A stretch of DNA of 64,000 nt from Chitinophagales bacterium. GTDB taxonomy: Bacteria > Bacteroidota > Bacteroidia > Chitinophagales > JADJOU01. The DNA lies in assembly GCA_016787225.1 (NCBI GenBank), contig JAEUUY010000023.1, forward strand, positions 19,441 to 83,440. The letters run 5' to 3'. Each line of letters begins with the position of its first letter. Position 1 is the first letter of the stretch. Below are positions 8,592 to 16,684 of this stretch, piece after piece. The notes under the pieces are model-generated. The model did not search any database. It was not told the origin of the DNA and saw only the letters and a list, made by a program, of their open reading frames with translations. The position numbers and the translations under genes are program-made.

Positions 8592-10177
8592 TTGTTAATT
8601 TTCTTGATAGTTGAAAGCTCATGATTAGAAAGTTGTTTCAAATTATCTAGGCCTACAATTTCAAATTGACCGCCATTTTCCTTGTACTTTTTCTCAAAAA
8701 TTTTAATATTAGATAAAGCACTATGATCAATCATTTGCACCGAAGAAACGTCCAAAGTAATTTTATTCGCTGGAGGTATAGCATCCAATTTATCCTTTAA
8801 TCTTATGAAATTGGTAAACACTGCGGCTCCCTCTAATTTCAAGATATAATGTCCATCATGGAAGGATACAGATACAGGAGTAGAAAAGAAATGTTTAAAT
8901 GCTACACCATGTGCGAGATGCAAAGTCATTTCTAGTGCCATTCCAGCTAAAATACCAACCAATAAATCTTCATACAAGGTAAAGAAAATAGTTGTTAAAA
9001 ATATAGCTAATTGTTCCTTACCTATTTCAAGCATATGAGCAAATTCTTTAGGGTGAGCTAATTTAATACCCACAGAGATGAGCATAGCAGCCAAAGCACA
9101 ATTTGGTATTAATTCTAAAAACTGAGATGCAAAAAGCACAAAAAGTAAAATGCAAAGTCCATGGAAAATATTTGCCCATCGCGTTCGCGCGCCAGCATTA
9201 ACATTGGCAGTGCTTCGAGCTACTTCGGATATCATAGGAAGGCCACCTAGAAGTCCAGCAAATGTATTCCCTACACCAATAGCTACAAGTTCTTTATTGG
9301 TGTCCGATTTACGTTGATATGGATCCATCATATCTATCGCTTTAACAGTAAGAAGTGCTTCTAACGAACCTACTAATGCAAACATAATTACGTATCTGAT
9401 AAAAGTTCCTGATTGCTGTAATCCAGAAAAATCTGCATTATACTTTATTGAATTGAGAAAATTACCAATGTGTAGCAAAGTAAATTCAGGTTCAGTATGA
9501 CTAAAATCCATGATAAGCTCAGCAGGAATGGCAAAAATTAATACTATAAGCGGCGCAGGCAATTTGGATACAAAAGGTATATTAAAGGTATTCCAAAAAA
9601 GCATTATGATAAGACTAATAACACCTATGATAGTGGCTCGTAAATCAAATCCAGATAGAAACTGGGGAATATGGGCTATGAGATCAAAAGGTGTCATCCC
9701 CTTCATGACTTGAGGATTCTCACCTAATAATATTGGAACTTGTTTTAATATAATAATAATTCCAATAGCCGCTAACATACCATGCACTGCTGACAGAGGA
9801 AAAATTTCTGTATATTTACCTAATTTGAAAACCCCAAATAAAATTTGAATGAGACTGGCTACAACAATTGCGCCACAAGCCATGTGCCAACCAGTCTGTC
9901 CTCCCCCGAAATCTGTAACAGCACCAACCAATATGACAATGAGACCCGCTGCTGGTCCTTTTATAGTAAGATAACTGCCGCCTAATAAGCCACCAATAAT
10001 GCCGCCTATAATTGCAGTTGTTAAGCCCATAATTGCTGGAAACTCTGAAGCCTTGGCTATACCTAAACTGAGAGGTAGGGCTAATAAGAATACGCTAAAT
10101 CCAGCATTGAAATCTTGAAAAAAATTTTGTTTTAAACCTTGTATTCCATCGAATGGAACTGAGACATTTTTGTTCAT
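8588..10177 (-). CDS. SulP family inorganic anion (bicarbonate/sulfate-type) transporter with C-terminal STAS domain
   Basis: 529 aa. SulP motifs (GPAAGLIVILVGAV, ARSTANVNAGARTRW) and a STAS-like tail (LDVSSVQMIDHSAL). Confidence 0.9.
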   Translation of the reverse strand: MNKNVSVPFDGIQGLKQNFFQDFNAGFSVFLLALPLSLGIAKASEFPAIMGLTTAIIGGIIGGLLGGSYLTIKGPAAGLIVILVGAVTDFGGGQTGWHMACGAIVVASLIQILFGVFKLGKYTEIFPLSAVHGMLAAIGIIIILKQVPILLGENPQVMKGMTPFDLIAHIPQFLSGFDLRATIIGVISLIIMLFWNTFNIPFVSKLPAPLIVLIFAIPAELIMDFSHTEPEFTLLHIGNFLNSIKYNADFSGLQQSGTFIRYVIMFALVGSLEALLTVKAIDMMDPYQRKSDTNKELVAIGVGNTFAGLLGGLPMISEVARSTANVNAGARTRWANIFHGLCILLFVLFASQFLELIPNCALAAMLISVGIKLAHPKEFAHMLEIGKEQLAIFLTTIFFTLYEDLLVGILAGMALEMTLHLAHGVAFKHFFSTPVSVSFHDGHYILKLEGAAVFTNFIRLKDKLDAIPPANKITLDVSSVQMIDHSALSNIKIFEKKYKENGGQFEIVGLDNLKQLSNHELSTIKKINK

Positions 10178-10246
10178 TTTAAAAACTTTAGAGATAGAAA
10201 ATTATAAAAAAATAGAAGTCAAGCTTCAAGTTTCATTTATAATTTT

Positions 10247-10570
10247 TTAAATTCTAAAATTCTGAATCCAAATGATTAAGGAAGTATTGTTTATAAATAA
10301 AGTGCGAGTCCTGATAATAGTATCAATACTATTGTTGAACTCGGATAGGGATTTTATAATCCAAACAGAGTTGAAGTTGCAATTAAATGGCAACCATTTT
10401 GTTTTGTTATCTTCTTCTTCTTCCCATTCCTCCAAGATATCCAAGTTAATGGGTGTTTTTTTCTCATGGGAATATTCAGATCTACAATTTTCTAGATTTA
10501 ACGCCACGCCAACTGGAACAGCAAGGCTCTGTAAAATGAAAATAATGAGAAATAAAGACTGTTTTAACAA
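10247..10570 (-). CDS. Small hydrophobic-N-terminus acidic protein (paralog of 19881..20195)
   Basis: 107 aa. N-terminal hydrophobic segment, then an acidic block LDILEEWEEEEDNKTK that matches IDIAEETDAEESEKTK in the other copy (9/16 identical). It holds the same position immediately upstream of a sulP gene. Preferred over the antisense ORF 10272..10616. Confidence 0.4.
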   Translation of the reverse strand: MLKQSLFLIIFILQSLAVPVGVALNLENCRSEYSHEKKTPINLDILEEWEEEEDNKTKWLPFNCNFNSVWIIKSLSEFNNSIDTIIRTRTLFINNTSLIIWIQNFRI

Positions 10571-10635
10571 AACAATTATTTGTTTTACAAAGTTAATTCA
10601 ATTTGTAGTCTATTAATTGCTAAAATTTCTAAAAC

Positions 10636-11562
10636 TCAATTATAACGATTAATCCAGGAGAATTTTTCATTAATTATCTGAACCTTTTTTTGCTCAATGT
10701 AATCCATATAGGCTTTTGCCACCGAAGAATGTTTTTTATCTTTTAACCAAATTAGATACCACGTCGATTTGATCGGAAAACTCTTGACTGGAATCACTTT
10801 TAATAGATTATTTTCTAACTCGTTTTTTATTCCTATTAGTGGCATAATCGAATAACCCAATCCTGCTAATACAGCTTGCTTTACCGCTTCATTGCTCGTT
10901 AACTCCATTTTTTTCATAATATTAATTTCATTTTTTATCATGTAGCGTTCCATTACTTGTCGGGTACCTGAACCTTTCTCTCGATATATCATTGGTATCT
11001 GTGTGAAAATCTTTTTGTCAAATTCTTTTTTATTATTTTCAAGGTCTTCTGAGCCTACTAAAAATAATTTATTCTCCATAAGTTCTATTTTATTTAATCT
11101 CATGTTTTCTGGCAAAACACTTACTAAAGAAAAGTCCACTTCATTATTTTCTAGACTCTCTATTACTTTTGCTTTATTTGTTACATCAAGTTCCAATTGC
11201 ACAGCTGTGTGAAGCTTTAGGAAATCCGTTAGAAAATACGGTGCTATATATTTACCAGTAGATACAACAGAAATTTTTAAGCGTCCTGTCAGTTTACCTT
11301 TATAATTCATTAATAAAGTGTCAATAGATTCTACATCCGCAATCACTTGATTGGCCAGTCTAGCTATTTCCATTCCAAATTCTGTAATATATATCTTTTT
11401 AAGAACGATTTCGTAGAGCGGTGTTTCTATGAGATCTTGAAAATTTTTTAACTGAATAGATACCGCTGGCTGCGTAAGATGTAACTCCTCTGCTGCCTTG
11501 GTAATGCTCAATGTCTGCGCTACTTTTAGAAAAATTCTCAACTGCTGTAAAGTATAGTTCAT
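10636..11562 (-). CDS. LysR family transcriptional regulator
   Basis: 308 aa. N-terminal LysR HTH (LQQLRIFLKVAQTLSITKAAEELHLTQPAVSIQLKNFQ) plus a LysR substrate-binding domain. Confidence 0.9.
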   Translation of the reverse strand: MNYTLQQLRIFLKVAQTLSITKAAEELHLTQPAVSIQLKNFQDLIETPLYEIVLKKIYITEFGMEIARLANQVIADVESIDTLLMNYKGKLTGRLKISVVSTGKYIAPYFLTDFLKLHTAVQLELDVTNKAKVIESLENNEVDFSLVSVLPENMRLNKIELMENKLFLVGSEDLENNKKEFDKKIFTQIPMIYREKGSGTRQVMERYMIKNEINIMKKMELTSNEAVKQAVLAGLGYSIMPLIGIKNELENNLLKVIPVKSFPIKSTWYLIWLKDKKHSSVAKAYMDYIEQKKVQIINEKFSWINRYN

Positions 11563-11651
11563 AAATATTATTTATATTGTAAATAGCAAAGATATATATT
11601 TATTTATGATTATTCGCTTCATATTTGCAGCAAAATTTTAATAAACAACGT

Positions 11652-13088
11652 ATGACAAGAATAACCATAGCTAAGGGCGACGGCATAGGGCCAGAAATTA
11701 TGAATGCTACCTTATCCATTCTAAAAGCCGCAGGAGCAGCCATAGAAACAGATGAAATAGAACTGGGAGAGAAACTATATCTGCAGGGTAATACCTCTGG
11801 CATTGACAATAAATCTTGGGATATTATTCGCAAGAATAAAATTTTGCTCAAGGCTCCTATTACCACTCCACAAGGAGGTGGATATAAGAGTTTGAATGTG
11901 ACGATGCGAAAATTTCTAGGACTTTATGCGAATATTAGGCCTTGCTTTTCATTACACCCATTTGTAGCAACCAAACACCCAAAGCTAGATCTGGTTATCG
12001 TACGTGAAAATGAAGAGGATTTATATGCTGGTATCGAACACCAGCAGACGGATGAAGTGATACAATGCTTGAAGCTAGTCAGTCGACCAGGTTGCGAAAA
12101 AATAATTCGCTATGCCTTTGAATATGCAAAACTTTATGGACGCAAGAAGGTGACCTGCTTCTCCAAAGATAATATCATGAAGCAGACAGATGGTCTCTTT
12201 CACAAAGTATTCGACGAAATAGCAGTGGAGTATCCTAATATCGAAGCTGACCACTGGATTATCGATATAGGAGCTGCTTTATTAGCAGATTCTCCTGAAA
12301 AATTCGATGTCATCGTTACGCTAAATCTTTATGGGGATATTATCAGCGATATTGCTGCTCAGGTGGCTGGTTCCGTAGGGCTAGCTGGCTCTGCCAATAT
12401 CGGCGAAGAGTGCGCATTATTTGAAGCTATTCACGGATCAGCCCCTACAATAGCAGGTCAAAATATCGCCAATCCATCGGGACTACTTCAGGCTGCTGTA
12501 CAAATGCTGGCTCATATAGGTCAAGGTGAGATAGGCGAAACCATCCAAAATGCTTGGTTAAGAACGATAGAAGAGGGCTATCATACTGCGGATATTTATG
12601 AAGAAGGATTGAGCAAGGAAAAGGTTGGCACTCTTGAATTTGCCAATGCTATAATACGCCACCTCGGACAGAAGCCAAGCCAATTAACTGCCGTAAACTA
12701 TGGTAAGGCATTACAACTTCAATTACCAAAATATACGCGTAAAAAGCCAAAAACTAAAACACTTGAAGGTGTTGATTTATTTATCCATTGGCCGGGAACC
12801 AATCCGAATGAATTAGCAAAAAAAATACATGAAATAGAATCAGAGCAAGTGGGTCTATCAATGATTACCAATAGAGGTATCAAAGTGTATCCAGATGGAT
12901 TCCCTGAAACTTTTTGCACGGATCATTGGCGGTGTCGATTTAAACCAAAATCGAGTAATTCGTTAGACCCAAAGACCATTATCGAACTAATGAATAAAGC
13001 CCTCGAATTAAATATCGACATTATCAAGACTGAGAATCTCTATGCATTCGATGGGATCTCCTCATATTCTCTAGGTCAAGGACAATAA
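11652..13088 (+). CDS. icd: Isocitrate dehydrogenase (isocitrate/isopropylmalate dehydrogenase family, long C-terminal extension)
   Basis: The ORF opens at 11625. The ATG at 11652 gives the family-typical N-terminus MTRITIAKGDGIGPEIM. Also has NLYGDIISD and HGSAP motifs, plus ~140 extra C-terminal residues. Confidence 0.85.
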   Translation: MTRITIAKGDGIGPEIMNATLSILKAAGAAIETDEIELGEKLYLQGNTSGIDNKSWDIIRKNKILLKAPITTPQGGGYKSLNVTMRKFLGLYANIRPCFSLHPFVATKHPKLDLVIVRENEEDLYAGIEHQQTDEVIQCLKLVSRPGCEKIIRYAFEYAKLYGRKKVTCFSKDNIMKQTDGLFHKVFDEIAVEYPNIEADHWIIDIGAALLADSPEKFDVIVTLNLYGDIISDIAAQVAGSVGLAGSANIGEECALFEAIHGSAPTIAGQNIANPSGLLQAAVQMLAHIGQGEIGETIQNAWLRTIEEGYHTADIYEEGLSKEKVGTLEFANAIIRHLGQKPSQLTAVNYGKALQLQLPKYTRKKPKTKTLEGVDLFIHWPGTNPNELAKKIHEIESEQVGLSMITNRGIKVYPDGFPETFCTDHWRCRFKPKSSNSLDPKTIIELMNKALELNIDIIKTENLYAFDGISSYSLGQGQ

Positions 13089-13098
13089 ATTATAAAAA

Positions 13099-13278
13099 AT
13101 GAATAGAAAAATATCTATTATCGTGCTTTATATCCTTTCAATTTGCTTTATTGTATTTTCGTTTTACTCATCTGAATGTATAAGCGGTAGTTATTGGCTC
13201 ATATTATCAATAACAACTTCTCTTGTTATTTTAAAAATACTTTCAAAGAATCAAGATAATCCTCAAGCTCTTGAATAA
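13099..13278 (+). CDS. Unannotated small membrane protein (59 aa, two predicted TM helices)
   Basis: Hand-translated ATG..TAA: MNRKISIIVLYILSICFIVFSFYSSECISGSYWLILSITTSLVILKILSKNQDNPQALE. It fills the icd to next-gene gap exactly (stop 2 nt before the 13281 ATG). It is below the 60-aa cutoff of the ORF track. Confidence 0.35.
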   Translation: MNRKISIIVLYILSICFIVFSFYSSECISGSYWLILSITTSLVILKILSKNQDNPQALE

Positions 13279-13280
13279 TA

Positions 13281-14135
13281 ATGATAGGACCCAACACTTT
13301 CTTCGTCAATAGAACTGTTGTAATAGCCACGATGCATGGCAAAGAGACTGTTATAGCTCCCCTCCTAGAAAAAAGGTTGGGCGTAAAACTACGTCTGGTT
13401 GACAATATGGATACGGATATATTAGGCACATTTACAGGCGAAGTCGAGCGAAAAGATAGCCCAATAGATACCTTACGAAAAAAATGTCAAATGGCTCTAG
13501 AAATTACAGGTCTTGATTTAGCAGTTGCTAGTGAAGGTTCTTTCGGGGCTCATCCTAGTGCTTTCTTTGCTCATGCCAATGATGAACTAGTCATGCTACT
13601 CGATACAAAAAATAATCTTGAAATAGTAGCTAGAGAATTAACTACAGACACCAATTTTAATGGGGCTATAATAGAAAGTGAAAATCAATTGGTAGATTTT
13701 GCAACTAAGGCGCTTTTCCCAAGTCATAAGTTGATACTCAGAAATGGTGAAAATAAAAAAGATAAAATCATAAAGGGAATCGGTGACTGGGAAGAGTTAA
13801 AGGCTCAATATCATAAACTTCTAGAAGAATATGATAAGGTATATGCTGAGACCGATATGCGAGCTATGCATAATCCCACGCGTATGCGAGTGATAGCCAA
13901 GGCTACTAGTAACTTAATTGATAAACTTAATTCTCTGTGTCCGCAATGCCAAACACCAGGATATACCGTGACTAAAGTAATACAAGGTTTGCCCTGCGGG
14001 CTTTGTGAGCAACCCACGGCATCTACCTTGTCGCACATTCTATCATGTAGTCTTTGTAGACATAATGAAACGATTCTATATCCTAATAATAAAAAAACTG
14101 AAGATCCCATGTATTGTGACTTCTGCAATCCTTAA
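13281..14135 (+). CDS. Conserved hypothetical protein with C-terminal 4xCxxC (two zinc-ribbon-like knuckle pairs); possibly DUF6671-type
   Basis: 284 aa. The C-terminus has CPQC..CGLC and CSLC..CDFC. The family assignment is from memory only. Confidence 0.5.
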   Translation: MIGPNTFFVNRTVVIATMHGKETVIAPLLEKRLGVKLRLVDNMDTDILGTFTGEVERKDSPIDTLRKKCQMALEITGLDLAVASEGSFGAHPSAFFAHANDELVMLLDTKNNLEIVARELTTDTNFNGAIIESENQLVDFATKALFPSHKLILRNGENKKDKIIKGIGDWEELKAQYHKLLEEYDKVYAETDMRAMHNPTRMRVIAKATSNLIDKLNSLCPQCQTPGYTVTKVIQGLPCGLCEQPTASTLSHILSCSLCRHNETILYPNNKKTEDPMYCDFCNP

Positions 14136-14150
14136 ACATAATAAATTAAA

Positions 14151-15128
14151 ATGAACTTAGATTTTCAAGTACTTCATAGCAATCTTACCAATCCTACATT
14201 TCTTTTTTTCCTTTTAGGTGTAGTTGCGGTGCGCATCAAGAGTGACCTAGAAATACCAGCACAGAGCATAAAATTTATTTCTCTTTACTTACTTTTTGCT
14301 ATTGGATTCAAAGGGGGGCAAGAATTGTCGCATAGCACAATAAATGCTGAGGTTATATACTCGGCTCTATTTGGTGTATTCATAGCTTTGATGATACCTC
14401 TCTATACTTTTTTTATATTGAAGAAAAAACTAAGTGTAAGTGATGCAGCTGCTATTGCAGCTTCCTATGGTTCCGTGAGTGCGGTCACTTTTGTGGCAGC
14501 CGTGTCATTTCTAGAAATGCAAAAAATAACTTTCGGCGGACATATGGTAGCTATCATGGCTTTGATGGAATCGCCAGCTATTATTATTGCAGTGATACTG
14601 TTGATGAAATATGATCGTTCTAGCTCTAGAGAAGATATAAGTCTCCGAAAGCTTCTTCATCATTCTTTGACCAATGGTAGTGTTTTGTTGATATTAGGTA
14701 GTTTAGTGATAGGCACGATTGCTGATACTAAACAGGCAGAAGGTATTAAACCATTCACCACCGATATATTCAAGGGATTTTTAGTAATTTTCTTGTTAGA
14801 AATGGGGATGGTAACAGCCAAACGCTTTGGTTCATTTATGAAATATGGTTGGTTTGTAACCTTCTTCGCCATTATTATTCCAGCCTTAAATGGTTGTGCA
14901 GTGGCATGGCTGAGTCAGTATATATCGCATGATATTGGGAATCGTTTCATTTTTGCCATTCTAGCTGCCAGTGCTTCCTATATCGCTGTACCTGCTGCTA
15001 TGCGACTGGCAGCGCCGAAATCTGACCCTGGTCTTTATATTCCTATGGCATTAGGACTTACCTTTCCCTTTAATATTACGATAGGTATTCCTCTCTATTA
15101 TTTGATTATTTCTAACACTAATTTTTAA
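14151..15128 (+). CDS. SbtA-family (Sbt_1/DUF897) sodium-dependent bicarbonate transport family permease
   Basis: 325 aa, ~10 TM. The N-terminus (FLFFLLGVVAVRIKSDLEIPAQSIKFISLYLLFAIGFKGG) matches the family signature as I remember it. Confidence 0.8.
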   Translation: MNLDFQVLHSNLTNPTFLFFLLGVVAVRIKSDLEIPAQSIKFISLYLLFAIGFKGGQELSHSTINAEVIYSALFGVFIALMIPLYTFFILKKKLSVSDAAAIAASYGSVSAVTFVAAVSFLEMQKITFGGHMVAIMALMESPAIIIAVILLMKYDRSSSREDISLRKLLHHSLTNGSVLLILGSLVIGTIADTKQAEGIKPFTTDIFKGFLVIFLLEMGMVTAKRFGSFMKYGWFVTFFAIIIPALNGCAVAWLSQYISHDIGNRFIFAILAASASYIAVPAAMRLAAPKSDPGLYIPMALGLTFPFNITIGIPLYYLIISNTNF

Positions 15129-15194
15129 CTAATTAACGAACACGGAATAGCCGAACACCGTTTTACAAAGTAGGCAAAATTAAACTTTTAAACA

Positions 15195-15854
15195 ATGAAA
15201 AAGAACATCATTACAACAACATGCATGCTTTTCGGACTACTGTCTTGTGACCAAGTAAACAATGCAGCAAAAGAAGAAGTGAAATCTACCATTCAACAAA
15301 CTAGTCAGGAAGTACAAAAAGTTATAGACGAACTTGGGCTAGTTTATGTAGAGGAAGGAGCGCAAGATATTATAACCTATGATGAGGTAAATGCAGCACA
15401 GCAAGCATGGTGTGATGCATTAGTCAAAATTGGTCAGATCAAAGAAGAAGGTGGAGATTATAAAGCCTTCGCTGAGCAAGTCCTTTCGGAGGCATACAAT
15501 TATGATTATGGAAAAGTATTTTTCAAACCTACATTAGCTTATGGCGACCAGACCTTCAGAAATGATAAGAAAGGTGCTTTGGCCTATTTTATTGGAGGTG
15601 ATCCAGCCTATCCTAATGATAAAGGTTTTGCATTAACTCCATGGGTAAAAGCCCGCTATGATAACGCTGGAGAAAAAAACGAAGGTATTCAAATCTATGG
15701 TTCCGTAGCTATTACAATGGGTAATGTATGGGTTACAGGTAAAGATGGTAAGGAGGTCATGGTGGACAAAACCTGGGTCTTCAAAAAAGGAAAAGATGGA
15801 AAACTCAGAATTATAGTTCATAAATCAGCTTTACCATTCTCGCCTTCTAAATAA
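15195..15854 (+). CDS. NTF2/SnoaL-like (CaMKII-AD/COG4337-like) lipoprotein; candidate iota-class carbonic anhydrase
   Basis: 219 aa. Lipoprotein signal (MKKNIITTTCMLFGLLSC). Core AWCDALVKIG...AYNYDYGKVFFKPTLA...ALAYFIGG...VDKTWVFKKGKDGKLRIIVHKSALP resembles COG4337 proteins, which end in the HHSS-type signature. Confidence 0.45.
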   Translation: MKKNIITTTCMLFGLLSCDQVNNAAKEEVKSTIQQTSQEVQKVIDELGLVYVEEGAQDIITYDEVNAAQQAWCDALVKIGQIKEEGGDYKAFAEQVLSEAYNYDYGKVFFKPTLAYGDQTFRNDKKGALAYFIGGDPAYPNDKGFALTPWVKARYDNAGEKNEGIQIYGSVAITMGNVWVTGKDGKEVMVDKTWVFKKGKDGKLRIIVHKSALPFSPSK

Positions 15855-16020
15855 CTCTGACTATATTGATATAAAAGGCTATATTTTCATTTGCCACAAA
15901 CAAATTAGTTTAAATAGTTATTAAAAGAATTATAATTAACTAAATTTCTTTGTGGCTTTCAATGAGATTTCTATTTTTTCTATAAGATTTCATCAATTAA
16001 TTCTAAACCAAAATTTTACT

Positions 16021-16683
16021 ATGAGCTTTCCATTTTTTTTCAATTGTCGATTTCTTTTAATAGTATTCTTAGGTATTCAATCTATGTATTTATTGTCGCA
16101 GAAAACTGATTCATCAAATTTACAAAAGGAATATAATAATTTAGAAGAAGCATTAAAAAATCCTGCAAGAGTAATTAGGCTCAACCTAAGCAATCAAAAA
16201 ATAAAATTTATAGCCGACAGCACATGGGCAAAATTTAGCAATCTAGAGTATTTAAGCCTGAAAAATGATCATTTAAAGGAAGTCCCTAGTGGAATTGGAA
16301 ATCTGAAAAAGCTGAAAATATTGGATTTGGGTGGTAATGATTTTAAATTTCTTCCTCCATCGTTCTCAAATCTCAAAAATCTCAACGAGATCTATCTCGA
16401 CAACGATAAAAATTTAGATTTTAATCAAAGTTTTTCGATTCTCAAAGACCTACCTCAATTGAAAATTCTGCATTTAGAAAACCATAGACTTAATCGGCTT
16501 CCTCAATGTATATTATTTATGAACAATATTGAATACCTTTACCTCAATAAAAATGAGTTCAAAGAATTCCCTTCAGAATTAAAACAATTGAAGAATTTAA
16601 AACATCTAGATTTACATGATAACAAATTTCGTATCAGGCATCCAGACAATCCACAAACGGAAAGTTTTAAAATTGTTTTTTAA
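16021..16683 (+). CDS. Leucine-rich repeat protein (N-terminal signal/anchor)
   Basis: The ORF opens at a GTG at 15952. The ATG at 16021 gives MSFPFFFNCRFLLIVFLGIQSMYLLSQ. There are about seven LxxLxxLxLxxNxLxxLP repeats (e.g. LEYLSLKNDHLKEVPSGIGNLKKLKILDLGGNDFKFLP). Confidence 0.8.
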   Translation: MSFPFFFNCRFLLIVFLGIQSMYLLSQKTDSSNLQKEYNNLEEALKNPARVIRLNLSNQKIKFIADSTWAKFSNLEYLSLKNDHLKEVPSGIGNLKKLKILDLGGNDFKFLPPSFSNLKNLNEIYLDNDKNLDFNQSFSILKDLPQLKILHLENHRLNRLPQCILFMNNIEYLYLNKNEFKEFPSELKQLKNLKHLDLHDNKFRIRHPDNPQTESFKIVF

Positions 16684-16684
16684 A

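Noticed and set aside
10272-10616. 114-aa plus-strand ORF overlapping the small acidic protein gene
   Set aside because: Its Ser-run (SSSSSHSS) is simply the antisense reading of the Glu-run. The minus-strand frame has a paralog in the equivalent position upstream of the second sulP, so the minus frame is preferred.
11600-11866. 88-aa minus-strand ORF spanning the lysR-icd promoter and the icd 5' end
   Set aside because: It overlaps the conserved N-terminus of icd in antisense and has no supporting features.
13226-13429. 67-aa minus-strand ORF across the small-TM ORF / Cys-rich gene junction
   Set aside because: It is antisense to two co-directional, tightly spaced plus-strand genes and has no motif support.
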